UHGV virus genome: UHGV-0340823
DNA length: 37,778 nucleotides
Direction: 5' to 3' (one strand)
Source of the DNA: a virus
The notes under the pieces are model-generated. The model saw only the letters and a program-made list of their open reading frames with translations, ran no database searches and was not told where the DNA came from. Positions 1 to 9,355 of this stretch are shown piece by piece. Position numbers and translations under genes: made by a program. The stretch's first letter is position 1, and every line of letters begins with the position of its first letter.

Positions 1-2
1 TC

Positions 3-512
3 AGCCCGAAGTTCGCTGATACGGGCAAAGCCTACCTGGTTGGCCTGGCCGCCACTGATGATCCAGCCAGTCTGGGTACGGAAATGCTGACATTCAGCGC
101 CAGTGCAGCCCATAACCCGTTGGCAAACCGCAAGCAGAATCCCGCCAATCTTTTTACCGCTGCAGAGGAAACGGTGATCGAACTGGAAGAAATCCAGGAG
201 GACAAGCCGTCCCTGTTTGCCCGCGTCACGGCGCTGTTCACCAAAAAAGAGCAGTCCGACGATGCCCGGTTCTCTGATGTGCATAAGGCCGTGGAGCTGG
301 TCGCCACTGAGCAGCAAAACCTGAGCGCACGCACCGAAAAATCCCTGTCTGAGCAGGAAGAACGCCTGTCTAAGTTGGAGACTGCCCTGCAGGCACAACA
401 GGCCGCCTTTAACGAACTGGTGGACAAGCTGAGCCATGAGGACTGCCGCCAGGACTACCGCCAGCGTGCAACAGGCGGTAACGCCCCTGCTGACACTCTG
501 ACCAATTGCTGA
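3..512 (+). CDS. capsid scaffolding protein, P2 gpO-like (5-prime end outside window)
   Basis: Frame is open from the window edge; charged coiled-coil-like C-terminus; lies immediately upstream of the gpN-like capsid gene. Confidence 0.55.
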   Translation, partial: SPKFADTGKAYLVGLAATDDPASLGTEMLTFSASAAHNPLANRKQNPANLFTAAEETVIELEEIQEDKPSLFARVTALFTKKEQSDDARFSDVHKAVELVATEQQNLSARTEKSLSEQEERLSKLETALQAQQAAFNELVDKLSHEDCRQDYRQRATGGNAPADTLTNC

Positions 513-528
513 TGGAGCATAAAACCCG

Positions 529-1587
529 ATGAAGAAGAATACCCGCTTTGCTTTTAACGCTTACCTGCAGCAGCTGGCGCGTCTGAACGGTGTGGCAGTT
601 GAAGAACTGTCCAGCAAGTTCACTGTGGAGCCGTCTGTGCAGCAGACGCTGGAAGACCAGATCCAGCAGTCCGCCGCTTTCCTGACGCTGATTAACGTCA
701 CGCCAGTGACTGAGCAGTCCGGTCAGCTGCTGGGGCTGGGTGTTGGCAGCACCATTGCCGGAACCACTGACACCACCGCGAAAGAGCGTGAACCTGTCGA
801 TCCTACGCTGATGGTCGATGTGGAATACAAATGCGAACAGACCAACTTTGACACGGTGCTGACCTACGCGAAGCTGGACCTGTGGGCGAAGTTTCAGGAT
901 TTCCAGGTGCGTATCCGTAACGCCATCGTGAAACGTCAGGCACTGGACCGCATCATGATCGGCTTTAACGGCGTGAAGCGTGCGAAAACCTCTAACCGTA
1001 GCGAAAACCCGCTACTGCAGGATGTGAATAAAGGCTGGCTGCAGAAAATCCGTGAGGATGCACCGGATCACGTCATGGGCAGCACCACCACGGGCGGTGA
1101 AACCACACCGGGCGCAGTGAAAGTCGGGAAAGGTGGCGAATATGCCAACCTGGACGCCGTGGTGATGGATGCCGTCAATGAGCTTATCGACGTGGTCTAC
1201 CAGGACGATGACGATCTGGTGGTGATTTGCGGTCGTGAACTGCTGTCTGACAAGTATTTCCCGCTGGTCAACAAAGAGCAGGAAAACAGTGAAAAACTGG
1301 CTGCCGATATGATCATCAGTCAGAAACGCATGGGTGGCCTGCAGGCCGTGCGTGCGCCGTTCTTCCCGCCGAATGCGCTGCTGATCACCCGTCTGGATAA
1401 CCTGTCCATCTACTGGCAGGAAGACACCCGCCGCCGTTCAGTTATCGACAACCCGAAACGTGACCGGATTGAAAACTTTGAATCCGTTAACGAAGCCTAT
1501 GTGGTTGAGGACTACCGCTGTGCCGCACTGGTGGAAAACATCCAGATTGGTGATTTCAGCGCCGCCGCAGCCGAAACCGGAGCGTAA
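529..1587 (+). CDS. major capsid protein, P2 gpN family
   Basis: 352 aa; N-terminus MKKNTRFAFNAYLQQLARLNGV and FTVEPSVQQTL closely resemble P2 gpN as recalled. Confidence 0.85.
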   Translation: MKKNTRFAFNAYLQQLARLNGVAVEELSSKFTVEPSVQQTLEDQIQQSAAFLTLINVTPVTEQSGQLLGLGVGSTIAGTTDTTAKEREPVDPTLMVDVEYKCEQTNFDTVLTYAKLDLWAKFQDFQVRIRNAIVKRQALDRIMIGFNGVKRAKTSNRSENPLLQDVNKGWLQKIREDAPDHVMGSTTTGGETTPGAVKVGKGGEYANLDAVVMDAVNELIDVVYQDDDDLVVICGRELLSDKYFPLVNKEQENSEKLAADMIISQKRMGGLQAVRAPFFPPNALLITRLDNLSIYWQEDTRRRSVIDNPKRDRIENFESVNEAYVVEDYRCAALVENIQIGDFSAAAAETGA

Positions 1588-1590
1588 TCC

Positions 1591-2241
1591 ATGAGCCTGA
1601 GTCCCGCACGGCAGCATCGCCTGCGCGTTCAGGCTGAACAGGCCGCCCGCGAGGGCGGCAGTGTTCGCCACGCATCGGGCTATGACCTGATGCTGCTGCA
1701 ACTGGCGGAAGACCGCCGCCGTCTCAAGGGCGTTCAGTCCACGGTGAAAAAAGCGGAAATCAAGGTGGAGCTACTGCCGAAATATGCCGCCTGGGCGGAG
1801 GGCGTCCTGGCTGCCGGAGGCGCTCAACAGGATGACGTGCTGATGTACGTGATGCTGTGGCGCATTGATGCCGGAGATTATGCCGGGGCGCTGGAGATCG
1901 GGCGTCATGCTCTGCGTCATGGCTGGGTGATGCCGCTGGGTAACCGCAACGTGCAGACCGTGCTGGCAGAGGAAATGTCAGACGCGGCGCAGAGCGCAAT
2001 GCTTGCCGCCACCGGCTTTGATGCGGATCTATTACTGCAGACGCTGGAACTGACAGACGGTCTGGATATGCCGGACCAGTCACGGGCGCGTCTGCATAAA
2101 GCGATTGGCGCTGTCCTGAGTGAAAGCAATCCGGCGTCCGCCCTTAATCATCTCAACCATGCGTTACAGCTCGATCCCCGCTGTGGCGTGAAAAAAGACA
2201 AACAGCAGCTGGAGCGCAGACTGCGCAATGACAGCCGCTGA
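1591..2241 (+). CDS. terminase endonuclease subunit, P2 gpM-like
   Basis: Position directly after gpN, 216 aa, ATG 4 nt after the gpN stop. Confidence 0.7.
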   Translation: MSLSPARQHRLRVQAEQAAREGGSVRHASGYDLMLLQLAEDRRRLKGVQSTVKKAEIKVELLPKYAAWAEGVLAAGGAQQDDVLMYVMLWRIDAGDYAGALEIGRHALRHGWVMPLGNRNVQTVLAEEMSDAAQSAMLAATGFDADLLLQTLELTDGLDMPDQSRARLHKAIGAVLSESNPASALNHLNHALQLDPRCGVKKDKQQLERRLRNDSR

Positions 2242-2336
2242 CAGAACGTGCCCCCGCGCACGGGCGGCACGGGGTGGCGAAAGGCACTGCCACATCAAAA
2301 CCCCGTCCACCGCCCTCTATTTCAGGAGAAAGCAGC

Positions 2337-2801
2337 ATGAAGTTTGTTGCGCCAGAACAGGCACCGGAACAGGCGGAAATCATCAGGAATACGCCGTTCT
2401 GGCCTGATGTGGACCTGTCGGAGTTTCGCAGCGTGATGCGCACTGACGGCACGGTGACGCAGCCGCGTTTAAAGCAGGTTGCGCTGTCGGCAATTTCGGA
2501 GGTCAACGCAGAGCTGTATGAGTTTCGCAGGCGCCAGCAGGTGCTGGGGTATGCCTCGCTGGCAGAGGTTCCGGCGGAACAGCTGGACGGCAAAAGTGAG
2601 CGCATTCAGCACTATTTCAACGCGGTTTACTGCTGGGCACGCGCCATGCTCAACGAACGTTACCAGGACTATGACGCCACGGCGTCCGGTGTGAAGCGGG
2701 GCGAGGAACTGGCGGAAGCAAGCGGTGATTTGTGGCGTGACGCCCGCTGGGCCATCAGCCGGGTACAGGACGCGCCGCACTGCACAGTGGAGCTTATCTG
2801 A
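2337..2801 (+). CDS. head completion/stabilisation protein, P2 gpL-like
   Basis: Synteny; ATG at 2337 preceded by AGGAGAAA; stop overlaps next start (ATGA). Confidence 0.7.
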   Translation: MKFVAPEQAPEQAEIIRNTPFWPDVDLSEFRSVMRTDGTVTQPRLKQVALSAISEVNAELYEFRRRQQVLGYASLAEVPAEQLDGKSERIQHYFNAVYCWARAMLNERYQDYDATASGVKRGEELAEASGDLWRDARWAISRVQDAPHCTVELI

Positions 2802-3004
2802 TGAAAGTGCGTGCGCATCAGTATGACACGGTGGACGCGCTTTGCTGGCGTCATTACGGGCGCACGCAGGGTGTCACGGAGCAGGTACTGAAGGCAAATC
2901 CGGGGCTTGCCGAATACGGCCCCTTTTTACCTCACGGGCTGCAGGTGGAGCTGCCGGACATTCCGACCACCACCACCGTGCAGACCGTCCAGCTATGGGA
3001 CTGA
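2801..3004 (+). CDS. tail protein X (P2 gpX-like)
   Basis: 67 aa; motifs DALCWRHYGRTQGV and ANPGLAE match the gpX pattern as recalled. Confidence 0.75.
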   Translation: MKVRAHQYDTVDALCWRHYGRTQGVTEQVLKANPGLAEYGPFLPHGLQVELPDIPTTTTVQTVQLWD

Positions 3005-3007
3005 ATT

Positions 3008-3223
3008 ATGACGCTTGAGCGAATCAGCGCCTTTATCACGTATTGCATCGCCGTCGTGCTGGCCTGGCTGGGCGATTTGTCCATCAAGGATGCCTCAACG
3101 CTGGGCGGCCTGATGATTGGTGTGCTGATGCTGGCTATCAACTGGTACTACAAACACAAAGCCTACCAGCTTCTGCGCGACGGGCAGATCTCGCGGGAGG
3201 ACTATGAATCCATCAATCGTTAA
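3008..3223 (+). CDS. putative holin
   Basis: 71 aa with two hydrophobic segments and a charged C-terminal tail; sits between gpX and the endolysin. Confidence 0.5.
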   Translation: MTLERISAFITYCIAVVLAWLGDLSIKDASTLGGLMIGVLMLAINWYYKHKAYQLLRDGQISREDYESINR

Positions 3224-3716
3224 ACGCTGCCTTGTCGGGGCCGTGCTGGCTATTGCTGCCACGCTGCCGGGTTTTCAGCAGCTTCACACCTCCGTGGAGG
3301 GGCTGAAACTGATTGCCGATTACGAAGGCTGTCGTCTGCAGCCGTATCAGTGCAGCGCGGGTGTCTGGACCGACGGCATTGGTAATACATCGGGCGTCAT
3401 TCCCGGCAAAACAATCACGGAACGACAGGCAGCAGAAGGGCTGATCTCCAACGTGCTGCGTGTGGAGCGGGCACTGGAAAGGTGTGTGAAGCAACAGCCA
3501 CCACAGAAGGTGTATGACGCTACGGTGTCGTTTGCCTTCAACGTGGGGACGGGCAATGCCTGCAGCTCCACGCTGGTGAAATTGCTCAATCAGCGGCGCT
3601 GGGCGGATGCGTGCCGACAGTTGCCGCGCTGGGTTTATGTAAAAGGTGTGTTTAATCAGGGGCTGGATAACCGCCGTGCGCGGGAGATGGCCTGGTGTTT
3701 ACAGGGAGCAAACTGA
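3204..3716 (+). CDS. endolysin, phage lysozyme family with N-terminal SAR-like segment (P2 K-like)
   Basis: E-x8-C-x5-T catalytic pattern (YEGCRLQPYQCSAGVWT); hydrophobic N-terminus CLVGAVLAIAATLPG; GGGAGG before the ATG. Confidence 0.8.
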   Translation: MNPSIVKRCLVGAVLAIAATLPGFQQLHTSVEGLKLIADYEGCRLQPYQCSAGVWTDGIGNTSGVIPGKTITERQAAEGLISNVLRVERALERCVKQQPPQKVYDATVSFAFNVGTGNACSSTLVKLLNQRRWADACRQLPRWVYVKGVFNQGLDNRRAREMAWCLQGAN

Positions 3717-3717
3717 A

Positions 3718-4017
3718 ATGAAAAAGAAATTAATCAGCGGACTGTTTCTGATGTTATGGATGGCGCTGTTAATCGCAGCAATGGTGTATCCGCAGGGGAT
3801 TTTTCCGGTACTGGCAGCGTCCGGCGTTTGGGTAGCCTGTTTGCTGACATGGGCGGTAATTCCGGTAGCACTGGTTGCGTTAATTAAGAATGGCCCGCTC
3901 TGGCAGGAGTTGAGGGCATCTTTGCTGAAGACAATTACCTGTAACCAGGTGAATCATTTGATACCAACGAGGGTTTTAGTGAAAGGAGGTGAAATCACCT
4001 GTAAGATACTGAAATAA
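3718..4017 (+). CDS. LysA-like membrane protein, probably truncated and chimeric at the Mu-like insertion junction
   Basis: Hydrophobic N-terminal two-thirds; the last ~25 codons run through the repeat-dense sequence that starts TGTAAC at 3940. Confidence 0.45.
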   Translation: MKKKLISGLFLMLWMALLIAAMVYPQGIFPVLAASGVWVACLLTWAVIPVALVALIKNGPLWQELRASLLKTITCNQVNHLIPTRVLVKGGEITCKILK

Positions 4018-4150
4018 AACAGGTGATGTCTGGATGAGCGCTTAAAGTCTATTTGATACCGATTGTGCAATAATTAATCATTTATTCTAAAATCGGCAAA
4101 ACTTTTGATACTACGGATTGACGCTTAAAATGGCTTTAAAAAGGCTTAAA
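3940..4150 (+). repeat. candidate Mu-type left end with three transposase-binding-like repeats
   Basis: TG at 3940; TTTGATAC at about 3957, 4052 and 4104 in shared context; GCTTAAA repeats near 4040, 4123, 4133, 4143; palindrome AGGTGAAATCACCT near 3987. Confidence 0.5.
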
Positions 4151-4211
4151 ACGTTTTTCTCCAGATTGTCTTTAAAGGAGTGTACTACAGCACAAAAATT
4201 GCACCACTCCC

Positions 4212-4796
4212 TTACGCACTAGCCTTTTTCTGGGTTACATTTAAATGATTAACCTTAGCTTCACATTCTTCATAAATCTCTCTTACAGTATCATCGGGTA
4301 ACTCTTGTAGACTCAATGCTAGTGCTCTTTTGACTCCGCTCAATGAGTGCAGTTTTTGAATATCTGTATCAAGCAAAACGGTTAGTAGTTCGGCCCCTTT
4401 TCTGATCAATAAGTTGGACAAAATCTCTTGTTCAGATGAAGTTAGCGAGTCCCACGCCCTCATGATGATGGAATCACTATCATCAATTCTTTGTTTTTTT
4501 GTTCTTTTTGTTTGTTCAATTGGTTCTTTTTTCATGCTTGGCTCATCACCATAACCATGGACTAGCCACTCCATAGATACATGTTCTCTTTCTGCAATGT
4601 TCTGGAGATGGTGCTTTCTTGGTTGTGGTGGCGGCTGATTGTTTCTCCTTTTGTAGTAGTTCTGCAATGTCTGAACGTTTATCCCCCATGCTCTAGCCGC
4701 CTCACTTCTCGATTTGTAACGCTCTGCAAGACGAAAAATCCGTTCGATCACTGGTTCTTTTCCTTCGTCGAGAAAAGAACTGTTTTTCATGTTCAT
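4212..4796 (-). CDS. Mu-type repressor (c-like)
   Basis: Minus strand, divergent from ner; about 195 aa from the MNMKNSS start (track ORF extends to 4925); AT-rich immunity-region composition. Confidence 0.65.
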   Translation of the reverse strand: MNMKNSSFLDEGKEPVIERIFRLAERYKSRSEAARAWGINVQTLQNYYKRRNNQPPPQPRKHHLQNIAEREHVSMEWLVHGYGDEPSMKKEPIEQTKRTKKQRIDDSDSIIMRAWDSLTSSEQEILSNLLIRKGAELLTVLLDTDIQKLHSLSGVKRALALSLQELPDDTVREIYEECEAKVNHLNVTQKKASA

Positions 4797-4963
4797 GCTC
4801 TCAGGTTCCTTTGTATTTATCTTATTGATATTAATAACAAAAACACCACAAAGAATAAAAAGAACAAAATACCTTGATTTGGTTCTTTTGTTTGTTCTAT
4901 TATTTACCCGTACAGATATCCGCACGAATATCCGCGCGGGTAACTTTTTAGAATAGAGGAAGT
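4797..4963. promoter_or_regulatory. divergent early regulatory region between repressor and ner (candidate operators and promoters)
   Basis: AT-rich 167 bp; inverted repeat AGAACAAA (about 4861) / TTTGTTCT (about 4891); direct repeat ATATCCGC twice (about 4916 and 4928). Confidence 0.5.
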
Positions 4964-5212
4964 ATGAGTAGAAGAGAAGTTTCAGATCACGATTGGCCGC
5001 CTGAAATCATCAAGGCGCGCTTACACATGGCTGGCTTATCACTGCGCTCTTTATCTTTAAAGGCTGGTTACAGCAGGGATTCGCTGAAAAGCGTATTACG
5101 TACTCCTTGCCGACCGTATCAGCAAATAATTGCTGATGCTCTTGGGGTATCGCCTGAAGAAATCTGGCCCAGTCGATACCAGGTTAAGAGCTATATGAGA
5201 AAGGCGTCATGA
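4964..5212 (+). CDS. ner: Ner-like DNA-binding protein
   Basis: 82 aa; motifs LSLRSLSLKAGYS and IIADALGVSPEEIWPSRY match Mu Ner as recalled. Confidence 0.85.
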   Translation: MSRREVSDHDWPPEIIKARLHMAGLSLRSLSLKAGYSRDSLKSVLRTPCRPYQQIIADALGVSPEEIWPSRYQVKSYMRKAS

Positions 5213-5213
5213 T

Positions 5214-7304
5214 ATGTATGTCATTGCAAAAGAACTGATTGGCGCGCCCGGAATGCCTGCTACAACAAAAGGTATTCGCCAGGCATTACAACGTTACGTA
5301 CAAGGGAAAAGCTGTTGTTCCCGTCGTCGCTCAGGCTCTAAAGCAACTGAATACAGCATCGACTGTTTACCTGAAGTGACGCAGCAGGCATTACGTGAAC
5401 GCTACGCCCTGCAACTGATGACTCAAAAAGTCGATGAATCACCGGTTCCGGTGGTGACAAAGGCCAGACGCTCACCTGACGTGGTTGATGCGGTGGAGGC
5501 ATATCGCGGTTCACCACAACTGATGGTCGAACGCCTCAATGCCCTGACTGAAAAACAGCGCCAGGTGGCAGAGGCACGAATCGCGATTGTCAGCGAGGTG
5601 CTGAAATTCGCGCAACAACCCGGTTTCAGCTGCGCTAGAGCCATCCGTTTTATCGTTGACCGCCTGTCACGCTCACAACTGGACGAGCGCATAGTGGCAA
5701 TGGTTGAGACGGCGAACGCCAAAAAGGGAAACAGCCGCGTGTTGAGTGAAATCACGCTGAAACGCTGGATTGCGGCCTTTAACAAGGCACAGAACGCCGC
5801 TGAACGCCTGCTTTTACTGGCACCGGGTAAACGTCAGGAAATAAAAGCCGAAGATATTAACTGGCTGCCCGAATTTCTGGCGCAGTATCGCCAGTCAAAC
5901 GGCCGACCAATGACCGAGGCTTACGAGGATTTTGTTGCTGAATGGCAGCACCGGCACGCTGATGAGCCTTATATGCTCGATATCATGCCGTCTTATGACA
6001 CCATTCGCCGCGCAATGAAGAAACTGCCGGAAGTGGTGAAACAAAAAGGCCGGGTGACCGGCAGTGAATACCGCCAGCTTGAGGGATTCACGCGCCGCGA
6101 CTGGTCCAGAATGCCGGTGAACTATGTCTGGATTGGTGACGGTCACGGCATGAAGCTGAAATGCAGGCACCCGGTTCACGGGCGGCCATTTGCACCGGAA
6201 GTAACCTTTGTTATCGATGGCGGTACACGCTTTGTGGTGGGCTGGAGCCTTGACCTGGCTGAAAATGTTTTCGCCGTAGCCGGTGCCATACAGCACGGTA
6301 TTCGACATCACGGCAAACCGTTTCTGTATTACTCGGATAATGGCTCCGGGGAAACCGCCGACATCCTGGATAAGGAGATTGTGGGGATACTACCGCGACT
6401 GGGGATTAATCACCCGACCGGGATTGCCGGTAATCCGCAGGGACGGGGCATTATCGAACGGCTTAACCGCACATTACCGATGCGCATAGCCCGTAAATAC
6501 CGCACCTATTTCGGGAAAGGTGCAGATCGCGAGACGTTACGCAAAACCAACCGCGATTTACGCTCGGCATTCACTGCCCTGCAACAGGGCAAGCGGCTGA
6601 ACGCCCGGCAGCAGTCAGCGATGCGTGATTTACCGTCCTGGTCTGAACTGATTGATGCCATTCGTGACGGCGTTGAGTGGTACAACAACCGGCCGCACGA
6701 TGAATTACCCATGAAGCCGAACGGTAAACATTACAGCCCGGCGGAGTTCAGAAAAAAACGCCTGGCAGAAGAGGACACGGAAATTGAATGGCTGTCCGAT
6801 GTGGAATTGCGGGACATGTTCCGGCCGATGGTGGAACGCCCTGTAAGACGCTGTGAAATACGCTGGCTGAATAATATTTACTACGCGCCCGAGCTGCGTG
6901 ATGAACATGGCCGCAAAGTGCTTATCAGCTATGACATTCATGATGCCGAACGAATTACCGTACGTCGCCCGGATGGCAGCGTGATTTGCGAGGCGGTATG
7001 GGACGGCAATAAACGCGAAGCCTTCCCGGTCAGCGCGGAATACTACAAACAGCAGCAGCGCCTTAAAGGTATGCGTAAACGCGCAGAGGAAAAAATCCGT
7101 GATGCCGAGGATGAGGTTGTCAACGTGCTGGAGCACAAGCCGCAGGAGCCATGGCTGGAAAACATCTACCGCCCGGTGGGTAATACGGTGGCCGTTCAGC
7201 AACCTGCCGTTGATGATGAACCTGATGAAGAATACGAGCGTAATTTCCAGCGGGGATTGCAGTTGCTGGAAGCGAAATTAAAAGAAAATGACCCGCTGGC
7301 CTGA
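5214..7304 (+). CDS. DDE transposase, MuA-like
   Basis: 696 aa directly after ner; WIGDGHG motif analogous to the MuA catalytic region. Confidence 0.85.
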   Translation: MYVIAKELIGAPGMPATTKGIRQALQRYVQGKSCCSRRRSGSKATEYSIDCLPEVTQQALRERYALQLMTQKVDESPVPVVTKARRSPDVVDAVEAYRGSPQLMVERLNALTEKQRQVAEARIAIVSEVLKFAQQPGFSCARAIRFIVDRLSRSQLDERIVAMVETANAKKGNSRVLSEITLKRWIAAFNKAQNAAERLLLLAPGKRQEIKAEDINWLPEFLAQYRQSNGRPMTEAYEDFVAEWQHRHADEPYMLDIMPSYDTIRRAMKKLPEVVKQKGRVTGSEYRQLEGFTRRDWSRMPVNYVWIGDGHGMKLKCRHPVHGRPFAPEVTFVIDGGTRFVVGWSLDLAENVFAVAGAIQHGIRHHGKPFLYYSDNGSGETADILDKEIVGILPRLGINHPTGIAGNPQGRGIIERLNRTLPMRIARKYRTYFGKGADRETLRKTNRDLRSAFTALQQGKRLNARQQSAMRDLPSWSELIDAIRDGVEWYNNRPHDELPMKPNGKHYSPAEFRKKRLAEEDTEIEWLSDVELRDMFRPMVERPVRRCEIRWLNNIYYAPELRDEHGRKVLISYDIHDAERITVRRPDGSVICEAVWDGNKREAFPVSAEYYKQQQRLKGMRKRAEEKIRDAEDEVVNVLEHKPQEPWLENIYRPVGNTVAVQQPAVDDEPDEEYERNFQRGLQLLEAKLKENDPLA

Positions 7305-7375
7305 AATAAAAAAATAACCCGAGCGGCGACTCAGGTTATTTGATTAAACAAGGTATCAAATGAGAGGTTAATAAT

Positions 7376-8308
7376 ATGACTGATATTAACGATGTAATCA
7401 AGACCATTGATGAACTTATTGATGGCGGCGTACTGACGCAGTATGCCATCGCCAGAGAGGCGGGAATTTCCGATGGCACATTATCGGCTTTCCGTAAGGG
7501 AAAATATAAAGGCGATAACGCTGCTGTGGCTGCTTCCCTGCGTTCCTGGTATGAGAACTGGAATAAACAAAGCGCACTGCCCGAGCCGCCGCAGTTTGTG
7601 GAAACGCAGACAGTCCAGGAGCTGCGCGCGCTGTTTCAGGCGGTCCGCCTGATGGGCTGTATTAACGTCATAGTGGGCGTGCCCGGGGTGGGTAAAACGG
7701 CCACCGCCCGTAATTACTGCCAGGAGCAACCAAACACCTGGATGATCACCCTGTCTCCCGCGCATTCCAGCGTCACGGAGTGTCTGCTGGAGCTGGCCGA
7801 TGCGCTGGGGATTGATTATACCCGCGCGAACAAAGGGGCGTTATCCCGCGCCATCCGCCGTCGCCTGATGGGAACGCGTGGACTGGTGATTGTGGATGAG
7901 GCGGATCATCTTGGTATTGACGGTCTGGAGCAACTCCGGGCAATCCAGGACGCCACGGGGATCGGGATGGTGCTTATTGGTAACCCGCGCGGACTGTTTA
8001 AGGGGGGGCGCCGCGCCGTTGATGATTTATCGCGCCTGTTCAGCCGTCTTGCCCGTACAAAACAACTTCGCAAGGCCAAAAAGGCGGATGTGCTGGCTAT
8101 TGCCAGGGCGTGGGGTATCAGTGGTGAGGCCGAGCTGGCTGTCATGCAGGCTATCGCTGAAAAACCGGGAGCATTACGTGTTCTGACACATACGCTTAAC
8201 CAGGCATGGATCACCGCCAGTGGTGAAGGCGCGGCGCTGACAGAAAAACATATTAATGCGGCCTTTAAAGAGGTTTATACCAACCCTGAATTACTCTCAC
8301 AGGTGTGA
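7376..8308 (+). CDS. transposition ATPase, MuB-like (AAA+)
   Basis: Walker A GVPGVGKT; DEAD-like VIVDEADHL; position after the transposase. Confidence 0.85.
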   Translation: MTDINDVIKTIDELIDGGVLTQYAIAREAGISDGTLSAFRKGKYKGDNAAVAASLRSWYENWNKQSALPEPPQFVETQTVQELRALFQAVRLMGCINVIVGVPGVGKTATARNYCQEQPNTWMITLSPAHSSVTECLLELADALGIDYTRANKGALSRAIRRRLMGTRGLVIVDEADHLGIDGLEQLRAIQDATGIGMVLIGNPRGLFKGGRRAVDDLSRLFSRLARTKQLRKAKKADVLAIARAWGISGEAELAVMQAIAEKPGALRVLTHTLNQAWITASGEGAALTEKHINAAFKEVYTNPELLSQV

Positions 8309-8310
8309 TT

Positions 8311-8532
8311 ATGGCGGTATTTTATATTCCTGATATTTACGGACGCTTTTACCTGGTTAATTTCGATAACGTGAAGGTGATTTCACTGGCCGAAAATAAA
8401 GAATGTGGCGATTTACTTTTTGAATTTAATGACCGCACACGAATGGTGATATCTGCCGGACTTGATCGCGAAGGTGCGACAGAAGTTTACAGCGGAATAT
8501 GCCGTTCTGTTGGTGCGAAACAAGTCAGCTAA
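8311..8532 (+). CDS. hypothetical early protein
   Basis: ORF with ATG at 8311 just after the B stop; no recognisable motif. Confidence 0.4.
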   Translation: MAVFYIPDIYGRFYLVNFDNVKVISLAENKECGDLLFEFNDRTRMVISAGLDREGATEVYSGICRSVGAKQVS

Positions 8533-8544
8533 ATGAGGTGTTAT

Positions 8545-8799
8545 ATGAATATGCAATCCTGCGGTAACAAAATGAATTTATTCGACTCCCTGAACAGCGC
8601 GCGCCGTCTGACCGAACTTGCCGGTGCGGTACTGGAACGCAGTAAGCGCTACCCACAACGTTTTGCACTGAAAACCACGCCGCCGGTAGGCAACGTGCAG
8701 GGAACCGGTGAAATTGAAATCACCATACAGACCAACGGCCTGCGCCGCCGTGTGAAGGCCACCCGCATAAGCGGATGCACGGTTTACTGGGAGGTGTGA
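8545..8799 (+). CDS. hypothetical early protein
   Basis: ORF; GAGGTG precedes the ATG at 8545. Confidence 0.4.
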   Translation: MNMQSCGNKMNLFDSLNSARRLTELAGAVLERSKRYPQRFALKTTPPVGNVQGTGEIEITIQTNGLRRRVKATRISGCTVYWEV

Positions 8800-8800
8800 G

Positions 8801-9082
8801 ATGAAACGAAATCTGATTGCGTGGGCGTGGTCGAGCGGTCTCATTGAGTTTGGTTACGTCCTGCCGGAAGGTGCATTGCCGATAGTTGCCGGAAAGCCTG
8901 CCACAGTACGGCATGTGATTGAGGTTATGGCGCGTCATGGACGTGATGAACAGGAGCAGTTACTGGTTCCGGGGATACCGGAAGCGGTGACGGAGGAAGA
9001 AGCCTTTAATGCCATGATTCGGTTCTGCCGTGAGGTCAGACGCCGGGTCAGTTATCCAAACAGAACGAGGACCAGAGGATGA
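8801..9082 (+). CDS. hypothetical early protein
   Basis: ORF translationally coupled to its neighbours. Confidence 0.4.
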   Translation: MKRNLIAWAWSSGLIEFGYVLPEGALPIVAGKPATVRHVIEVMARHGRDEQEQLLVPGIPEAVTEEEAFNAMIRFCREVRRRVSYPNRTRTRG

Positions 9083-9351
9083 GTAAAGTTGTACGCATTA
9101 TTTTCGAATACAAGGAGCACGTTATCCATAAAAACGCTGATGAAACAGTGCACATGGGGGTAAGTCTGGACATACGTTCAACCGGGATAAAGCAGAAAGG
9201 TGATGGACCCGCCATGATTTTTGGGGTGGTTATGCTCGCGGAAAGCAGAGACTTTGCTGAACTTGTGGCAATGAAAGCCAGAGCGCTCATGAAAGATATG
9301 AACATGAGTTCCGGGGTTATTAAAGGTAATGAATTTAATCAGCAGGGGTAA
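9079..9351 (+). CDS. hypothetical early protein, paralog 1 of a tandem pair
   Basis: N-terminus MSKVVRIIFEYKEH parallels the next ORF. Confidence 0.45.
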   Translation: MSKVVRIIFEYKEHVIHKNADETVHMGVSLDIRSTGIKQKGDGPAMIFGVVMLAESRDFAELVAMKARALMKDMNMSSGVIKGNEFNQQG

Positions 9352-9355
9352 TTCC

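Larger units (their letters stand above)
1..3939 (+). mobile_element. P2-like prophage late-gene segment (O-N-M-L-X-holin-endolysin-lysA), interrupted at its right side
   Basis: Gene order and protein sequences match the P2 late module; no P2 lysB/R/S/tail genes follow before Mu-type genes begin. Confidence 0.7.

Noticed and set aside
4797-4925. Repressor starting at the upstream ATG at 4925 (237 aa)
   Set aside because: The extra 43 N-terminal residues are basic and hydrophobic low-complexity sequence encoded by the AT-rich operator region; the start at 4796 has an upstream GGAAC and gives a Mu-repressor-like length. The longer form cannot be excluded.
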